64,000 nt of DNA from Poseidonia sp. (GTDB lineage Archaea; Thermoplasmatota; Poseidoniia; Poseidoniales; Poseidoniaceae). The position numbers and the translations under genes were made by a program. Location: positions 92,102-156,101 of the forward strand of contig JAYQVP010000002.1 in NCBI GenBank assembly GCA_038148515.1, read 5' to 3'. A model generated the notes under the pieces. That model ran no database searches. It saw only the letters and a program-made list of their open reading frames with translations, and was not told the DNA's origin. Of this stretch, positions 37,298-48,110 are shown piece after piece (positions within the stretch are counted from its first letter, which is position 1; each line of letters opens with the position of its first letter).

Positions 37298-39910
37298 TCA
37301 CTGATAACTGGCTAAATGCATGACAACGGTGTTTCCGTCATAGGTGAGCCACATGGTCGAGAGTGGGGAATCCGGAGGCGTCAGAACCAAGGTGGAATCA
37401 CCGGGGGGCAGGGAGCCACCGCTCCATGTCGTGGCCCAATCATCGCCCAAACTGCCCTCTTTGGCCAAGCGAAAGGGAACGGGGTCTTGATTTGGATTGG
37501 TCAACGTGAGCACCCCCATATCGGGATGCAGCAGCGTACCGTTGTGTGCAATGGCCCAAGGAGTGGTCCAAAAGCGAGTGGTGGTGTTCATCCATTCCAC
37601 AAGCAACTCAGGGCCTTCAACTGCATCGAAGGCGACTTCAGGATAAGGTGAGAAGGTGGACTTGCACAAGGACACACGGATGCCCGAAGCGATCTGGAGG
37701 GTGAGACGTTGGTCCTGCTCAACCAAGGGGAGGTTTCCTGATGAACGAATCGAGGTGTCCCACACCCATTCACCTTCTAACGGGCGAGCGGGGGTGCTAA
37801 TGGTGGCGTTAATGGGGCAGGATGCATCACCGCTCATCAATATGCCACCTTCCTCCAACACTGCCCCCCACGGCAGGGAGGCATTGGGTTGAATGGTCCA
37901 TCCGGTGGCGGGGACGTGGGCTTCCAACGGTCGACGATTGGGCAGCAACGGAGCGAAGGTATGGTTGTTGAGATGCAGCGTGGCCATGGACGGCTCGAAG
38001 ACCAACGGATCCAACCCTCTCAAGCAAACAGCATCGGGAACCTCGGTGAAACTGGCCGACATGTTCGTACCGTCATCCATCTCAACCAACGAGGTGTTGA
38101 GCCATCCGAACGAGGAGGGGGAAACGCTCACGTTCAGGTAAGTCGATTCCGTCAACATCCCGTGCAGGTCGACGCAACGATGAACCGTTGATCCATCGAT
38201 GACATCGTACCATTGTTGAGCAGGCATGACTTCGAGCGCAGGTCGAACCTCAGCGGGCGAAACGACATAGGCATCGTTGATGTGCAGCACATAACTGTAG
38301 GTTGCCAACGTGGGTTCATCTTCCCCAGACCAGGTTAGGTTCAGCCAGAAAAAGGCTGTCCGTCCGGGTAACAAGAAAGCGCCGCATCCCTCGCCCCCCA
38401 CCGACAGGGTGTCTTCCCCGTCGCAATCCCAATCAACCTGCCAACCATGATCTGGATGTTCCCACTCGGTGCGAATAGCATAGGGCTGCTCAAGAGAAGA
38501 CGGGTTCGAGATTTGAATTTCCGTCCTTGCCTGCCACGTGCCGTTCTCCAACAACACGGCGGTTTCGCTGTCGCTCAACGTGTAGGTCAATTCGGCATCC
38601 CATGACTCATCGTGAACAACCGGTTGAGCAGCGGGAAAAAACAAGAGGAACACCATGAACAACATCACTCCCATACGGCGATGTTCGCTTTCGCTCAACC
38701 CAGTGGTCTCGTTAAGGATGATCGGGATGCGCAAATCACTGCCCAAGGTCAGCAGCAACGGGAACAACAGAGCGAAGACCAAATACCACAATGAGAACGA
38801 TTCGAAAATACCCAACACGTACGCACAAAAGAGGATGGTGACGAAGATGAGGGTTTGATTGCTCGAGCTGCGGGCGTTGAAAAGCCCCATTCGTGCAATC
38901 ATCAATCGTCCACCGGGAAAGGTGGGAATGGGTAGCAGAGAGATCCAAGCAAACAGCATGAGCATCCCTCCGGCGTGGACCCAAGGGTGCGCCCAGGCGA
39001 GCCGAATGAGTGAATCTGAAGCGATGAAATTTGAGGCGATGAGCGACATGAACAGCGGCGGGTCGGTCAGCAACGGCATAGCGGTAGAGGCCAAGTATTC
39101 AGGTGTCAGTGCCAGGCCAACGAAAAACAGGACCATGCCCAGAACGCTCATGACCAGAGGGACCGAAAGAGCGGTGTAACCAAGCGCTGGGCGATTGGGC
39201 CAAGGCCGGGCATCCATCCTCGGCATGGTAGGTATGAGCAACACCCCAAACGGCCAAATCAACCAACTCGTAGGAAACAGACCCATGGCGTAGAAGGCGA
39301 TGGTGAGGTCAGGAACGGGAAGTAGATGCCCACAACGGACGCCATAGCGAGCAGCAACAGCCCGCTGAACGCTTGATGCGACCCACAATACAGCAAGCAC
39401 CGGCAAGGTATAGCCGAGCAAGGCATCAACCAGAGTGGACGGGTGGAACCAGCCCTCGGTTGGTCGAGACGGGTTCATCCAAATGCTACCAGCAAGCGAG
39501 AGTGTGAGTGAGGAAAGAAACCAAAACACCACGATGTTCTTGCTTCGAGGAAACTGGCGTTCAGGCGTGGGAAAAATCGTGATTGACCAGTCTTCGCCCG
39601 GGGTCAATTTTCCCATCCACCCGAGTTGGGCGAGATGGGTGTTGATCGCAGCAAGTTCGGCATCCAAATCATCGCCCTTGGCAGAGACGGTCCAAGAAGG
39701 CCAACGCCCTCCGTCTCGTCGATGGACATTCACATAGCGTCGTAAAATATGGGCCAAAAGGTCCTGTTGCTCCCATGCTTTGCGTTGATGGGGCAGGGAT
39801 TCAAGGTCCGAAGGGGGCATTTCTTCCTCCATGGCCAGCCCCCCTCGTGATGTTGCTATGGCCCATCCCCCATGAATCCCTCGTTGGGCGTTGGAGACGT
39901 TGAGGCTCAC
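37298..39910 (-). CDS. Membrane protein with a catalytically degenerate site-2-protease (M50)-like core fused to a ~500-aa extracellular domain
   Basis: The S2P-like motif ASSVQRAVAARYGV aligns with the canonical HExxHxxxAxxxGV but lacks both His and Glu. The NxxPxxxLDGG motif reads LLPIPTFPGGRL, so the Asp ligand is lost. Multiple TM helices. The 5' end overlaps the atpD stop (ATGA). Confidence 0.55.
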   Translation of the reverse strand: MSLNVSNAQRGIHGGWAIATSRGGLAMEEEMPPSDLESLPHQRKAWEQQDLLAHILRRYVNVHRRDGGRWPSWTVSAKGDDLDAELAAINTHLAQLGWMGKLTPGEDWSITIFPTPERQFPRSKNIVVFWFLSSLTLSLAGSIWMNPSRPTEGWFHPSTLVDALLGYTLPVLAVLWVASSVQRAVAARYGVRCGHLLPVPDLTIAFYAMGLFPTSWLIWPFGVLLIPTMPRMDARPWPNRPALGYTALSVPLVMSVLGMVLFFVGLALTPEYLASTAMPLLTDPPLFMSLIASNFIASDSLIRLAWAHPWVHAGGMLMLFAWISLLPIPTFPGGRLMIARMGLFNARSSSNQTLIFVTILFCAYVLGIFESFSLWYLVFALLFPLLLTLGSDLRIPIILNETTGLSESEHRRMGVMLFMVFLLFFPAAQPVVHDESWDAELTYTLSDSETAVLLENGTWQARTEIQISNPSSLEQPYAIRTEWEHPDHGWQVDWDCDGEDTLSVGGEGCGAFLLPGRTAFFWLNLTWSGEDEPTLATYSYVLHINDAYVVSPAEVRPALEVMPAQQWYDVIDGSTVHRCVDLHGMLTESTYLNVSVSPSSFGWLNTSLVEMDDGTNMSASFTEVPDAVCLRGLDPLVFEPSMATLHLNNHTFAPLLPNRRPLEAHVPATGWTIQPNASLPWGAVLEEGGILMSGDASCPINATISTPARPLEGEWVWDTSIRSSGNLPLVEQDQRLTLQIASGIRVSLCKSTFSPYPEVAFDAVEGPELLVEWMNTTTRFWTTPWAIAHNGTLLHPDMGVLTLTNPNQDPVPFRLAKEGSLGDDWATTWSGGSLPPGDSTLVLTPPDSPLSTMWLTYDGNTVVMHLASYQ

Positions 39911-40533
39911 TTGTTTTTGAAACGCTTGAGGCGGAAGGTCTCTTCACGTTCCATTTCTTCAAGTCTGAGTTGAATGAAGACCTTGGCGTCCTCAAGTTCA
40001 GGGATGACCTTGAACTCGAGAGCGTTCACACGGCGTTTGGTGGCTTCGATTTCGGCCAGCAGACGCTTGAGGGTCGCTTCCATTTCAGAGGCCTTGACGA
40101 TTTTTTCAATCAATTCACTGAACGAATCGCTCGCTTCGTCGATGTAAGGTGACGACCCGATGAACCCGATACCTCGCTCGGCAAAGGTCGATTTGAGGTT
40201 GCTACCGGTCACACTCGGAACTACAACACCCATGATATTACGGCGCTCAACTTCAACCTCGGGATGGGCTGAATTGGCGATGGCGGCAGCTCTCACGGCC
40301 AAACCTCCTTCAATGGCGTTGGCGAGGTCAATACGTGTCTTTGCCAGCCGGTAGGCGTCTGTGAGATCACGCTTCGCTTCAATCATCTCGGAGAGGAGCG
40401 TCCGGAATTCGTGAAACAGACCGTCTCGCTTCATCTTCAGGAGTTTGTAGCCGTTCTTCGTTTGCTTGATGCGAGCCTTCAGTTTGATGAGTTCGCTGCG
40501 GGTTGGCTTGATGTCCAATGCCATGCTTCTCAC
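39907..40533 (-). CDS. atpD: A-type ATP synthase subunit D
   Basis: Coiled-coil ~208-aa protein at the expected position after atpB. Conserved N-terminus (MALDIKPTRSELIKLKARIKQT). Confidence 0.85.
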   Translation of the reverse strand: MRSMALDIKPTRSELIKLKARIKQTKNGYKLLKMKRDGLFHEFRTLLSEMIEAKRDLTDAYRLAKTRIDLANAIEGGLAVRAAAIANSAHPEVEVERRNIMGVVVPSVTGSNLKSTFAERGIGFIGSSPYIDEASDSFSELIEKIVKASEMEATLKRLLAEIEATKRRVNALEFKVIPELEDAKVFIQLRLEEMEREETFRLKRFKNK

Positions 40534-40559
40534 CTCCTCTGTTGTTGCTCATTCTGTGT

Positions 40560-41945
40560 TCAAGCTCGGTTGTCAGGGTGGTACTTCTCAATCCACTTTT
40601 GGTCAAGTCGAACAAGGTACTTCGTATCAATGGACGACATCAAATCCCAACACAGGTCCAAGGTTTCGTCGATGGAACGGTCTTCATCACGAGATTGGCG
40701 AAGGAACTTGTCTTCAAACACACCGGAGAAGTCCAAAAGTTGCTTGTCACGCTCGTTGAGGGCATCCTCACCAACGATAGCGACCAAACCTCGCAACTCG
40801 CGGCCTTGGGCATATGCAGCATACATCTGGTCCGACACGGACTTGTGGTCTTCACGGGTGGTTTTGGCACCGATACAGGACCCCATCAGCCGGGACAACG
40901 ATGGCAACACGTTGATGGGAGGATAGATGCCCTGCTGATGCAACTCACGGCTGATCACAATTTGACCTTCGGTGATGTAACCAGACAGGTCGGGAATCGG
41001 GTGCGTGATATCGTCACCGGGCATGGTGAGAATCGGGAATTGGGTGATGGAACCCTTCTTGCCCTTCACAATGCCTGCACGCTCGTAGAGCATGGCCAAG
41101 TCGGTGTACATGTAACCGGGGTAGCCACGACGACCGGGAACTTCTTCACGTGCTGCGCCGATTTGACGAAGAGCATCGCAATAGTTGGTCATGTCGGTGT
41201 AAATAACGAGCACGTGGTAGTCTTTCTCAAACGCCAAGTATTCGGCGGCCGTCAAGGCGAGACGTGGGGTAATAATTCGCTCGACTGCAGGGTCGTCGGC
41301 CAGGTTAACGAACAACACAGCGTTTTCCAGAGCACCGGTTCGCTCTAAATCGGAACGGAAGAAATTGTATTCTTCAGCCGTGATACCCATCGCACAGAAC
41401 ACCACGATGAATTCTTCATCGGAATCCTTCAACTTGGCTTGGCGAGCGATTTGCAAAGCAATGTCGTTGTGGGGCAAACCAGAAGCCGAGAAGATCGGCA
41501 ACTTTTGTCCACGAACCAACGTCGTACAGCAGTCAATAGCAGAGATACCCGTCTGAATAAAGTCGTGAGGGGATTGTCGGCTGTAGGGGTTGATGGCTGC
41601 ACCGATGATGTCGGCCTTCTCATCGGCGACGATTTCAGGTCCGCCGTCACGGGGTCGTCCAGCACCGTCAAGGATACGGCCAACCAAGTCCGTGCTCACA
41701 GGGAGCTTGAACACATCTCCCATGAAGGTCACACCGGCTTGGCGGTCGATCTTAGCCGTTCCTTCGAACACTTGAACGATGACGAGGTCATCAGAGGTGT
41801 CGAGAACTTGACCGTTTTTGATGTCGCCGTTGGACAAACGGAGGGTCACGATTTCACCAAACGCAACGGGCTCGGTTTTGTTCAAAAAGACCAGAGGGCC
41901 TTTCACGTCGGTAATGGTTCGGTATTCTTTTCCACTCATCTTCAT
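40560..41945 (-). CDS. atpB: A-type ATP synthase subunit B
   Basis: Regulatory-subunit sequence lacking a P-loop lysine pattern. Strong A1 B-subunit similarity throughout ([20 protein letters not shown]). Confidence 0.9.
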   Translation of the reverse strand: MKMSGKEYRTITDVKGPLVFLNKTEPVAFGEIVTLRLSNGDIKNGQVLDTSDDLVIVQVFEGTAKIDRQAGVTFMGDVFKLPVSTDLVGRILDGAGRPRDGGPEIVADEKADIIGAAINPYSRQSPHDFIQTGISAIDCCTTLVRGQKLPIFSASGLPHNDIALQIARQAKLKDSDEEFIVVFCAMGITAEEYNFFRSDLERTGALENAVLFVNLADDPAVERIITPRLALTAAEYLAFEKDYHVLVIYTDMTNYCDALRQIGAAREEVPGRRGYPGYMYTDLAMLYERAGIVKGKKGSITQFPILTMPGDDITHPIPDLSGYITEGQIVISRELHQQGIYPPINVLPSLSRLMGSCIGAKTTREDHKSVSDQMYAAYAQGRELRGLVAIVGEDALNERDKQLLDFSGVFEDKFLRQSRDEDRSIDETLDLCWDLMSSIDTKYLVRLDQKWIEKYHPDNRA

Positions 41946-41952
41946 CCTCTCC

Positions 41953-43692
41953 TCAGTTGGCCTCCACGGCGTTGGCGATTTGTTCGTTCATTTCCTTGAC
42001 CATGGCCTCGATACGCTCGATGTAGCCTTGTTCGAAGCGGCCACGCATGAGGTCGGACCGTGCGGGAACGTTGACCACATCGTTGAGCAAAGCTCCGTCT
42101 GCCATGGCGCTCTTTGCGGCGTCTTGGAACGACAGGATGGCTTTGGCCATTTGGTACTGAAGGTGAATATCGCAGTAGGCGTCGACGTCGTGGAATCCGT
42201 TTTGTTGAAGGAAGAATTCACGAATCATACGAGCGACTTCGAGGGTGAGTTGTTGGTCGGTGGGCAGGGCGTCGGAACCGACGAGTTGCACGATTTCTTG
42301 AAGTTCGGCCTCGACTTGCAGCAAACCGCTGATTTGAGTTCGAATTTCAGGGAAGTCCTGAGCGATGTTATCACGGAACCACTGGTCCAAACTTTGCGGG
42401 TACAGCGAGTACGAGTTGAGCCAGTTGATGGCGGGGAAGTGGCGTTGACGAGCCAATCCTGCGTCCAATCCCCAGAACACCTTGACGATTCGCAGCGTTC
42501 CTTGGGAAACAGGCTCAGAGATGTCACCACCAGGAGGCGAAACGGCACCGATAACAGTCACAGAGCCGTCGTCGCCGTTGAGGGTTTCAACACGTCCGGC
42601 ACGCTCGTAGAACTCGGCAATGCGGGAGGAGAGGTACGCAGGGTAACCCTCCTCACCAGGCATCTCTTCAAGGCGAGATGAGATTTCACGCATGGCTTCA
42701 GCCCAGCGAGAGGTTGAGTCTGCCATCAAGGCCACGTCGTACCCCATGTCACGGAAGTACTCGGCGATGGTGATACCGGTGTACACTGATGCTTCACGAG
42801 CAGCGACCGGCATGTTGGAGGTGTTGGCGATCATGACCGTTCGGTTCATCAGCGGTTTGCCGGTGTTCGGGTCGATCAGGTGAGGGAACTCATCCAACAC
42901 TTCGGTCATCTCGTTGCCGCGCTCGCCGCAGCCGATGTAGACCACAAGTTGAGCGTCGGAATACTTCGCGAGGGATTGCTGGGTGACGGTCTTGCCCGAG
43001 CCGAACGGCCCGGGAATTCCAGCAGCTCCGCCCTTTGCCAAGGGGAACAAGAAATCGAGGATACGCATCCCAGTCACGAGAGGCGTGTCGGGTGCGTATT
43101 TTTGCGTGTAAGGCCGAGGGCTTCGAACCGGCCACTTCTGCATCATTTGGAGTTCCGAACCGTCTTCGAGAACACACACCGTTTGCGTGACGTTGAAGTC
43201 GCCGGATTCAATGCTCTTGACCTTTCCAGCCTTGCCGGGAGGAACCATAATTTTGTGGACGATGGTTTCGGTCTCTTGGACGTGACCGATCACTTGTCCA
43301 CCCACGACTTCATCGCCCTTGGCGACCTGTGGCTCGAAGGTCCAGAGCTTTTCCATGTCAAATGCATCGGCATCCACACCACGGGTGATGAACACACCCA
43401 TGACCTCCTCAAGGGAAGCGAGTGGGCGCTGAATACCGTCGTAAATTTGGGTGAGCAGGCCCGGGCCGAGGGACACCGAAAGGGTCTCTTCCGTGTTGAG
43501 CACAGGCTCGCCGGGGCGAATACCTGAGGTGTCTTCGTACACTTGAATCACGGCTTTGTCGCCGTGCAGTTCAATCACTTCACCCATCAAACCTTCATGG
43601 CCGACGCGAACCACGTCGTACATGGCGGCGTTCATGCCTGTGGCGGTTACGACGGGTCCCGAAATTCGGTAAATCACTCCTTCATTGCTCAT
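41953..43692 (-). CDS. atpA: A-type ATP synthase catalytic subunit A
   Basis: Walker [11 protein letters not shown]-subunit-specific non-homologous region, and [18 protein letters not shown]. Confidence 0.9.
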   Translation of the reverse strand: MSNEGVIYRISGPVVTATGMNAAMYDVVRVGHEGLMGEVIELHGDKAVIQVYEDTSGIRPGEPVLNTEETLSVSLGPGLLTQIYDGIQRPLASLEEVMGVFITRGVDADAFDMEKLWTFEPQVAKGDEVVGGQVIGHVQETETIVHKIMVPPGKAGKVKSIESGDFNVTQTVCVLEDGSELQMMQKWPVRSPRPYTQKYAPDTPLVTGMRILDFLFPLAKGGAAGIPGPFGSGKTVTQQSLAKYSDAQLVVYIGCGERGNEMTEVLDEFPHLIDPNTGKPLMNRTVMIANTSNMPVAAREASVYTGITIAEYFRDMGYDVALMADSTSRWAEAMREISSRLEEMPGEEGYPAYLSSRIAEFYERAGRVETLNGDDGSVTVIGAVSPPGGDISEPVSQGTLRIVKVFWGLDAGLARQRHFPAINWLNSYSLYPQSLDQWFRDNIAQDFPEIRTQISGLLQVEAELQEIVQLVGSDALPTDQQLTLEVARMIREFFLQQNGFHDVDAYCDIHLQYQMAKAILSFQDAAKSAMADGALLNDVVNVPARSDLMRGRFEQGYIERIEAMVKEMNEQIANAVEAN

Positions 43693-43719
43693 TTTTCTTC
43701 CTCCAGTTTGGTTGGAACA

Positions 43720-44019
43720 TCATTTCCATAGATCGACTCCTATTGCCTTGCGGATGGTGTCCCGCAAGGTGGTGTCTTCCTCCGTACCGATGCCGAGCAC
43801 GGTCGGGGAGACAGATGCCGACAGTTGATCCCTCAACCGGTCTGGCAACGTTCGCATCACGGCGGAGTCGACCACCATGATACCAACGGTTTTGTCAGCG
43901 AGCAAGTCACGAAGCGTTGCATGCAACGCTTCATCATCGCTTGGATTGTAAAGGTTGGACAGGCCAGCGAGTTGGAAGCCCAGGGTGAACGCAGGAGAAC
44001 CAATGACTGCGATTTCCAT
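43720..44019 (-). CDS. atpF: A-type ATP synthase subunit F
   Basis: 99-aa protein MEIAVIGSPAFTLGFQLAGL... at the conserved position between atpC and atpA. Confidence 0.8.
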   Translation of the reverse strand: MEIAVIGSPAFTLGFQLAGLSNLYNPSDDEALHATLRDLLADKTVGIMVVDSAVMRTLPDRLRDQLSASVSPTVLGIGTEEDTTLRDTIRKAIGVDLWK

Positions 44020-44028
44020 GATATCACC

Positions 44029-45093
44029 TCAAAGAACGTGCTCCTCAAGCACTTCAGCGGACAGACCAGCAAGACGGCCGCGAACGATCAGGCGCAAATC
44101 CATGACCTCTTGGACTTTCATGGCGATGTAGTGGACGATGGGCAACGCTGACACGGGATGGAGGTAGCTCATCCGCTGCATCATGTTGTACTCACGCTTC
44201 TTCATCCAGGTCACGACGGGGTCAAGGCTTCGTCGTTGTTCGGCTTCCGCCACGATGTCTTCGAAAGCTGCCATGTCAAATTGGTCGCCAGCACGCAGTA
44301 AATCCATCATGGCGTCACGCCCTCCGTTGGCAATGGCCGTGAAGGACCGCTTCGGGATGAGACGCCCCCCGGGGATCAACAGCGAGACCAAACGCTCGTT
44401 AGCGATGCCAACGGCGCTCGCTTCGAGGATGTTCACGATGTTTTTATGATCGATTTCCGAAGCCAACAATCGAGACAGGAAGCGGGCAGGTGCGCCCTTG
44501 GATGCAACCAAGGCCTTTTGCGCTGCAGCGTAATAATGACGGTCGAGCGCGTCCTCATAATCCGAGAGTTTGGCATCTTCTGGCAGACGGGCGAGCGAGG
44601 ATCCGAACGACTTCCGTCGCATCAAGACAGCAGCGGATTTCATGTCGTCGGAACTCTCGACCACCTTGAGCCACGGCGTGTTCACCTCGTTGAGCTCGGG
44701 CAAGATGCTGTTGCCAACCTCGTCCACCGAAACTTCGTTGTGAATGGCCCTGAATACGGCTTTGGCGTTCTGGTATTCGAAGCGAGAGGTGTAGATCTCA
44801 ATCAATGGACGAATGGTGGCGTTGGCCATGTTGACAATTTCCGTCAATTCTCGTTCAAGGTTGTGTGTCAAGGCTGCTTCAACCAAATCCCCGCCAGACA
44901 ATTTGCCTGCATAGAGGTCGATCTCGTTACGGTATCCGATGTCACCGACAGCTACGGTGAGTTGGTCTACCGATTGGTTGATGAGTTGACGCAAGCGAGC
45001 TCGGTCCGCCAATTGCTGTCGCCGTGCTTTGGCACGAGAAACAACGTAGGGGGTGTTACCGAGCATCATGTGTTCACCTCGTTCATCATCCAA
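44029..45093 (-). CDS. atpC: A-type ATP synthase subunit C
   Basis: ~350-aa all-helical protein in the expected operon position. Confidence 0.8.
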   Translation of the reverse strand: MDDERGEHMMLGNTPYVVSRAKARRQQLADRARLRQLINQSVDQLTVAVGDIGYRNEIDLYAGKLSGGDLVEAALTHNLERELTEIVNMANATIRPLIEIYTSRFEYQNAKAVFRAIHNEVSVDEVGNSILPELNEVNTPWLKVVESSDDMKSAAVLMRRKSFGSSLARLPEDAKLSDYEDALDRHYYAAAQKALVASKGAPARFLSRLLASEIDHKNIVNILEASAVGIANERLVSLLIPGGRLIPKRSFTAIANGGRDAMMDLLRAGDQFDMAAFEDIVAEAEQRRSLDPVVTWMKKREYNMMQRMSYLHPVSALPIVHYIAMKVQEVMDLRLIVRGRLAGLSAEVLEEHVL

Positions 45094-45649
45094 ACAGCGT
45101 ATCGTTCACAGCGGAGAGTTGGTTGGACCAGGCGCGCTCAAGCATTGTGTCAAAGCGCATGTCGTACGACACAGAGCCGTCCTCGGCTTCGAGAATGAAG
45201 CCACCAAGACCGTCGATGCTTTCACCGATTTTGTGGTCGCCAGCGTCCTTGGAGATGGCGGCTCGGTCAACTTCGACAGGTCGAATCACAAAGGCCCCCT
45301 TACCGACTTTCTTGGTTTCGGCAAGCAGGGACTTCAGCAACGCGGCTCGGCCTTTCATGCCGGGGTCGGCGATGTGGGTTCGTGCGGCAGCCAGCGTGGC
45401 ATCAAGCGCCTTGCGGCGAGCGATGAGCACATCCTTCTGATTGGACTGACGAGCGCTGGCCACAGTCTCCCGGGCAATCTGTTCAGCCTCTTTTTCAGCA
45501 CGCTGCTGAGCATCTTGACTGATCGATGCCGCTTTTTCTTCGGCTTCGGCCATGAGCTTCTTGGCTTCGGCCTTGGCCTCAGCAATGAGTGCTTTGGCTT
45601 CAGTTTCGGCGGCTGCGGCAATATCGTTGGCGAGTGTTTCTAAGGTCAT
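45086..45649 (-). CDS. atpE: A-type ATP synthase subunit E
   Basis: 187-aa protein with an N-terminal Ala/Glu/Lys-rich coiled coil and a C-terminal globular domain. Confidence 0.8.
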   Translation of the reverse strand: MTLETLANDIAAAAETEAKALIAEAKAEAKKLMAEAEEKAASISQDAQQRAEKEAEQIARETVASARQSNQKDVLIARRKALDATLAAARTHIADPGMKGRAALLKSLLAETKKVGKGAFVIRPVEVDRAAISKDAGDHKIGESIDGLGGFILEAEDGSVSYDMRFDTMLERAWSNQLSAVNDTLFG

Positions 45650-45713
45650 CCTATCGTCTCCTGTGTTCGTGGTTCAACCGGGCAGAGCCCGTGGTCCAGT
45701 TCGATCTGCTTCC

Positions 45714-46028
45714 TCAACCGAGGAAGAGAGGAAGAGCACCGAGAATCACGATGGATTCTGGAAGAGCGGTGAAGATGAGAGCGACACCGAACTTGCTGCC
45801 GTCTTCGGCGAGCATGCCGACAGCAGCGCTGCCAATGGCGGCTTGGGAGAAACCTGCGCCGATGGCAGCAAGGCCAAGGGCAAGTCCGACACCAACGTCG
45901 CCGGTCATTCCATCAGTTGCAGTCGTGTCCGTCGTGGTTTCTGCTGCAGCGACGCCTTGGGCGACCAAGGCGAGCGTCAGCAGGACGATCATCGTGCGTA
46001 GGCTCATTTTTAGGGTATTCTTGTTCAT
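45714..46028 (-). CDS. atpK: A-type ATP synthase proteolipid subunit K (c)
   Basis: Single-hairpin c-subunit with conserved carboxylate in IFTALPESIVILGAL, preceded by a Thr-rich N-terminal extension. Confidence 0.8.
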   Translation of the reverse strand: MNKNTLKMSLRTMIVLLTLALVAQGVAAAETTTDTTATDGMTGDVGVGLALGLAAIGAGFSQAAIGSAAVGMLAEDGSKFGVALIFTALPESIVILGALPLFLG

Positions 46029-46058
46029 ATTTCTACCTCCTTTTGTTGTCCATGGGGA

Positions 46059-48101
46059 CTATGATTGCCCCTCCGTGTGGAGGGTGCGACCACCGAGCGG
46101 GGTAAAAACCCGACCGGAGCCGTCGTAGAACTTGCCCATCCATTCCACAAAGTGGAGACGGGCTGCGTGGATGCTCGGCGAGAGCAAACCAAGAGCGAGA
46201 GCGAATGCTTGAATGAAGACGAAGAGGACAAATCCAAGGACGATGGATACGACGCCGCCGCCCGAGAGCATGAGGTCCCATCCCATCGAGATTGAGACCT
46301 CAGCGATTTTAACGCCGGCTACACCAACGCCCATGACCCGAAGGTAGGACAGCGTGTTGGCAAGAAGGCCGAAGGTTTCAATCGGCCCCATGATCAGGCC
46401 GCCAGCCCATCCGAATTTCTCAAACACGGCCAAACCAATGATGAGGCAGCCGACACCGATGAGTGTGGCGATGGCATAGGGTGTGGCGTCAAAGACACCC
46501 TGGTCAGAGGTCAGGAAGCCGTAGATGTGGAGGGTACCGGCAGTGAGGATGATCATCCAACTGCCTTTCTCGAAGAAGGCAGCCACCAATCCGTGAGCCC
46601 GTGCGACGTTGATGAAGCCGAGAATAAAACCGAACATCAGGTGGGCAACCCCGAGGTACACCGAGAGGAGTACATACTCATTGAGCGAACTCGTGGCGCG
46701 ATGGAAGGGGATGTGAGTGTAACTCATGTTCAGCGTTTTCGTAACAAAAGCGGGGAAGTGGATGTTTTCATAGGTCCAAGCATAAAGGCCGGCAAGAGGA
46801 GAGCTGTCGCCCATCTGTCCGGTGTTGTCCCAGACAAAGCCAAATCCTTCAGCGAACAAGAAGCCCCAGATCATGCACCAAACGCCCATCCATTTGAGAA
46901 TGGTGATGCCGTTCTTGGCCACGGGATCGGCGGCAAAGGGTTGGGTCCCAAGCCAAAGGCCGAGCAGGAAGATGATAAATCCATAACCAAAATCGCCGAG
47001 GATGAGTCCGTAAATCATCGGGAACGTGAGCATCAAGAAGAATGTCGGGTCGAACGTTCCGTAGGTCGGCCGCCCCACCAAGCCAACCATCAGTTCGAAC
47101 GGTCGCGAAACACGGTCGTTTTCCAGAGCGACGGGCGGTGTTGGTTCGTGGTGGTGGTCGTCGTGGTCACCGTGATGGTGGTGGTCGTCAACGAACGGTA
47201 CAACTTCCACATGAGACGCCACGTCGTCGAGGGCTGCTTTCACGGCGGATTCCTTGGACTGGGGAATCCAAGCGTCCAATGCGAATGCTTGCCCGGTCAC
47301 GGCAAGATGCGTGGGTGCAGTGTAAATCTCGTCCTCCTTTGCGAGGTATTCATGGAGCGCGAGAAGTTGTCGGCCGTTGTTCCTGCCCCAGCGTTGTGCT
47401 TCTTCGGTTGCAGAGAACATGGCGCCTTCAACGTCTTTCTTCTTGGCCACGAGTCCTTTGAGGGCGGCGGAAGCGGAGCCTTCGAGATGTGGAATCTGAA
47501 CGGGTTTACCTCCAAGTTCGCTCATGGCCATCTGTACTTCAGCGCTGTCTTCTGGCAAGCATGCCACGGCTACGAGGCCGGGAGCGGACACGAGTTGGAC
47601 CTTGTCAGAGAGGGTTCCGAAAACGCTCCTGGCTTTGCTGGCTTTCTTGGTTTCAGCGACATGGACTTCCACACGGTCTGAACCGGCGAGGAGATCGAGG
47701 TCCATATTCAGAGGAGCGAGTTTCTCGAGGAGGTGAATCTGTTCTTGAATCGCTTCCAACTCGCCTTCGGCGTCTCGTTGTGTGTCGAGCAGAGCAAGGC
47801 CTCGTTGCAAATCTTCTGCAAACGAAGAATCAAGCAAATCCTTCACCTTTGACACGGGCATGGGCCCATCGGTGTTGACCGGTTTGAAGGCAGAGATCGC
47901 GGCTCGCACTCGAGCGAGAAGGGCGCTGACGTTGCTGGCTTCCTCACTTGGATCAGCCTGGCCTACATGTACGCCATCCTCGAAATTGGCGTAGGTCTCA
48001 ATGTGAACGCAGCCCAAGTTTGTGCATGTTCGAAGGACTTCGTTCATTTTGTCTACGGGGGCCGCCACAGTCAGACGGGACATGGCCACCGTGTCAAACA
48101 T
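46059..48101 (-). CDS. atpI: A-type ATP synthase subunit I (a)
   Basis: 680 aa. N-terminal soluble coiled-coil domain plus C-terminal multi-TM domain, with a conserved Arg region (LSYLRVMGVGVAG). Contains a His-rich insert DDHHHHGDHDDHHHE. Confidence 0.85.
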   Translation of the reverse strand: MFDTVAMSRLTVAAPVDKMNEVLRTCTNLGCVHIETYANFEDGVHVGQADPSEEASNVSALLARVRAAISAFKPVNTDGPMPVSKVKDLLDSSFAEDLQRGLALLDTQRDAEGELEAIQEQIHLLEKLAPLNMDLDLLAGSDRVEVHVAETKKASKARSVFGTLSDKVQLVSAPGLVAVACLPEDSAEVQMAMSELGGKPVQIPHLEGSASAALKGLVAKKKDVEGAMFSATEEAQRWGRNNGRQLLALHEYLAKEDEIYTAPTHLAVTGQAFALDAWIPQSKESAVKAALDDVASHVEVVPFVDDHHHHGDHDDHHHEPTPPVALENDRVSRPFELMVGLVGRPTYGTFDPTFFLMLTFPMIYGLILGDFGYGFIIFLLGLWLGTQPFAADPVAKNGITILKWMGVWCMIWGFLFAEGFGFVWDNTGQMGDSSPLAGLYAWTYENIHFPAFVTKTLNMSYTHIPFHRATSSLNEYVLLSVYLGVAHLMFGFILGFINVARAHGLVAAFFEKGSWMIILTAGTLHIYGFLTSDQGVFDATPYAIATLIGVGCLIIGLAVFEKFGWAGGLIMGPIETFGLLANTLSYLRVMGVGVAGVKIAEVSISMGWDLMLSGGGVVSIVLGFVLFVFIQAFALALGLLSPSIHAARLHFVEWMGKFYDGSGRVFTPLGGRTLHTEGQS

Positions 48102-48110
48102 GAAATCGCC

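Noticed and set aside
40518-41348. 276-aa plus-strand ORF antisense to atpB, and the similar ORFs 41818..42681 and 42880..43527 antisense to atpA
   Set aside because: The ATPase subunits on the minus strand are certain. These are shadow ORFs.
46527-47681. 384-aa plus-strand ORF antisense to atpI
   Set aside because: Shadow ORF of a confidently identified membrane subunit.
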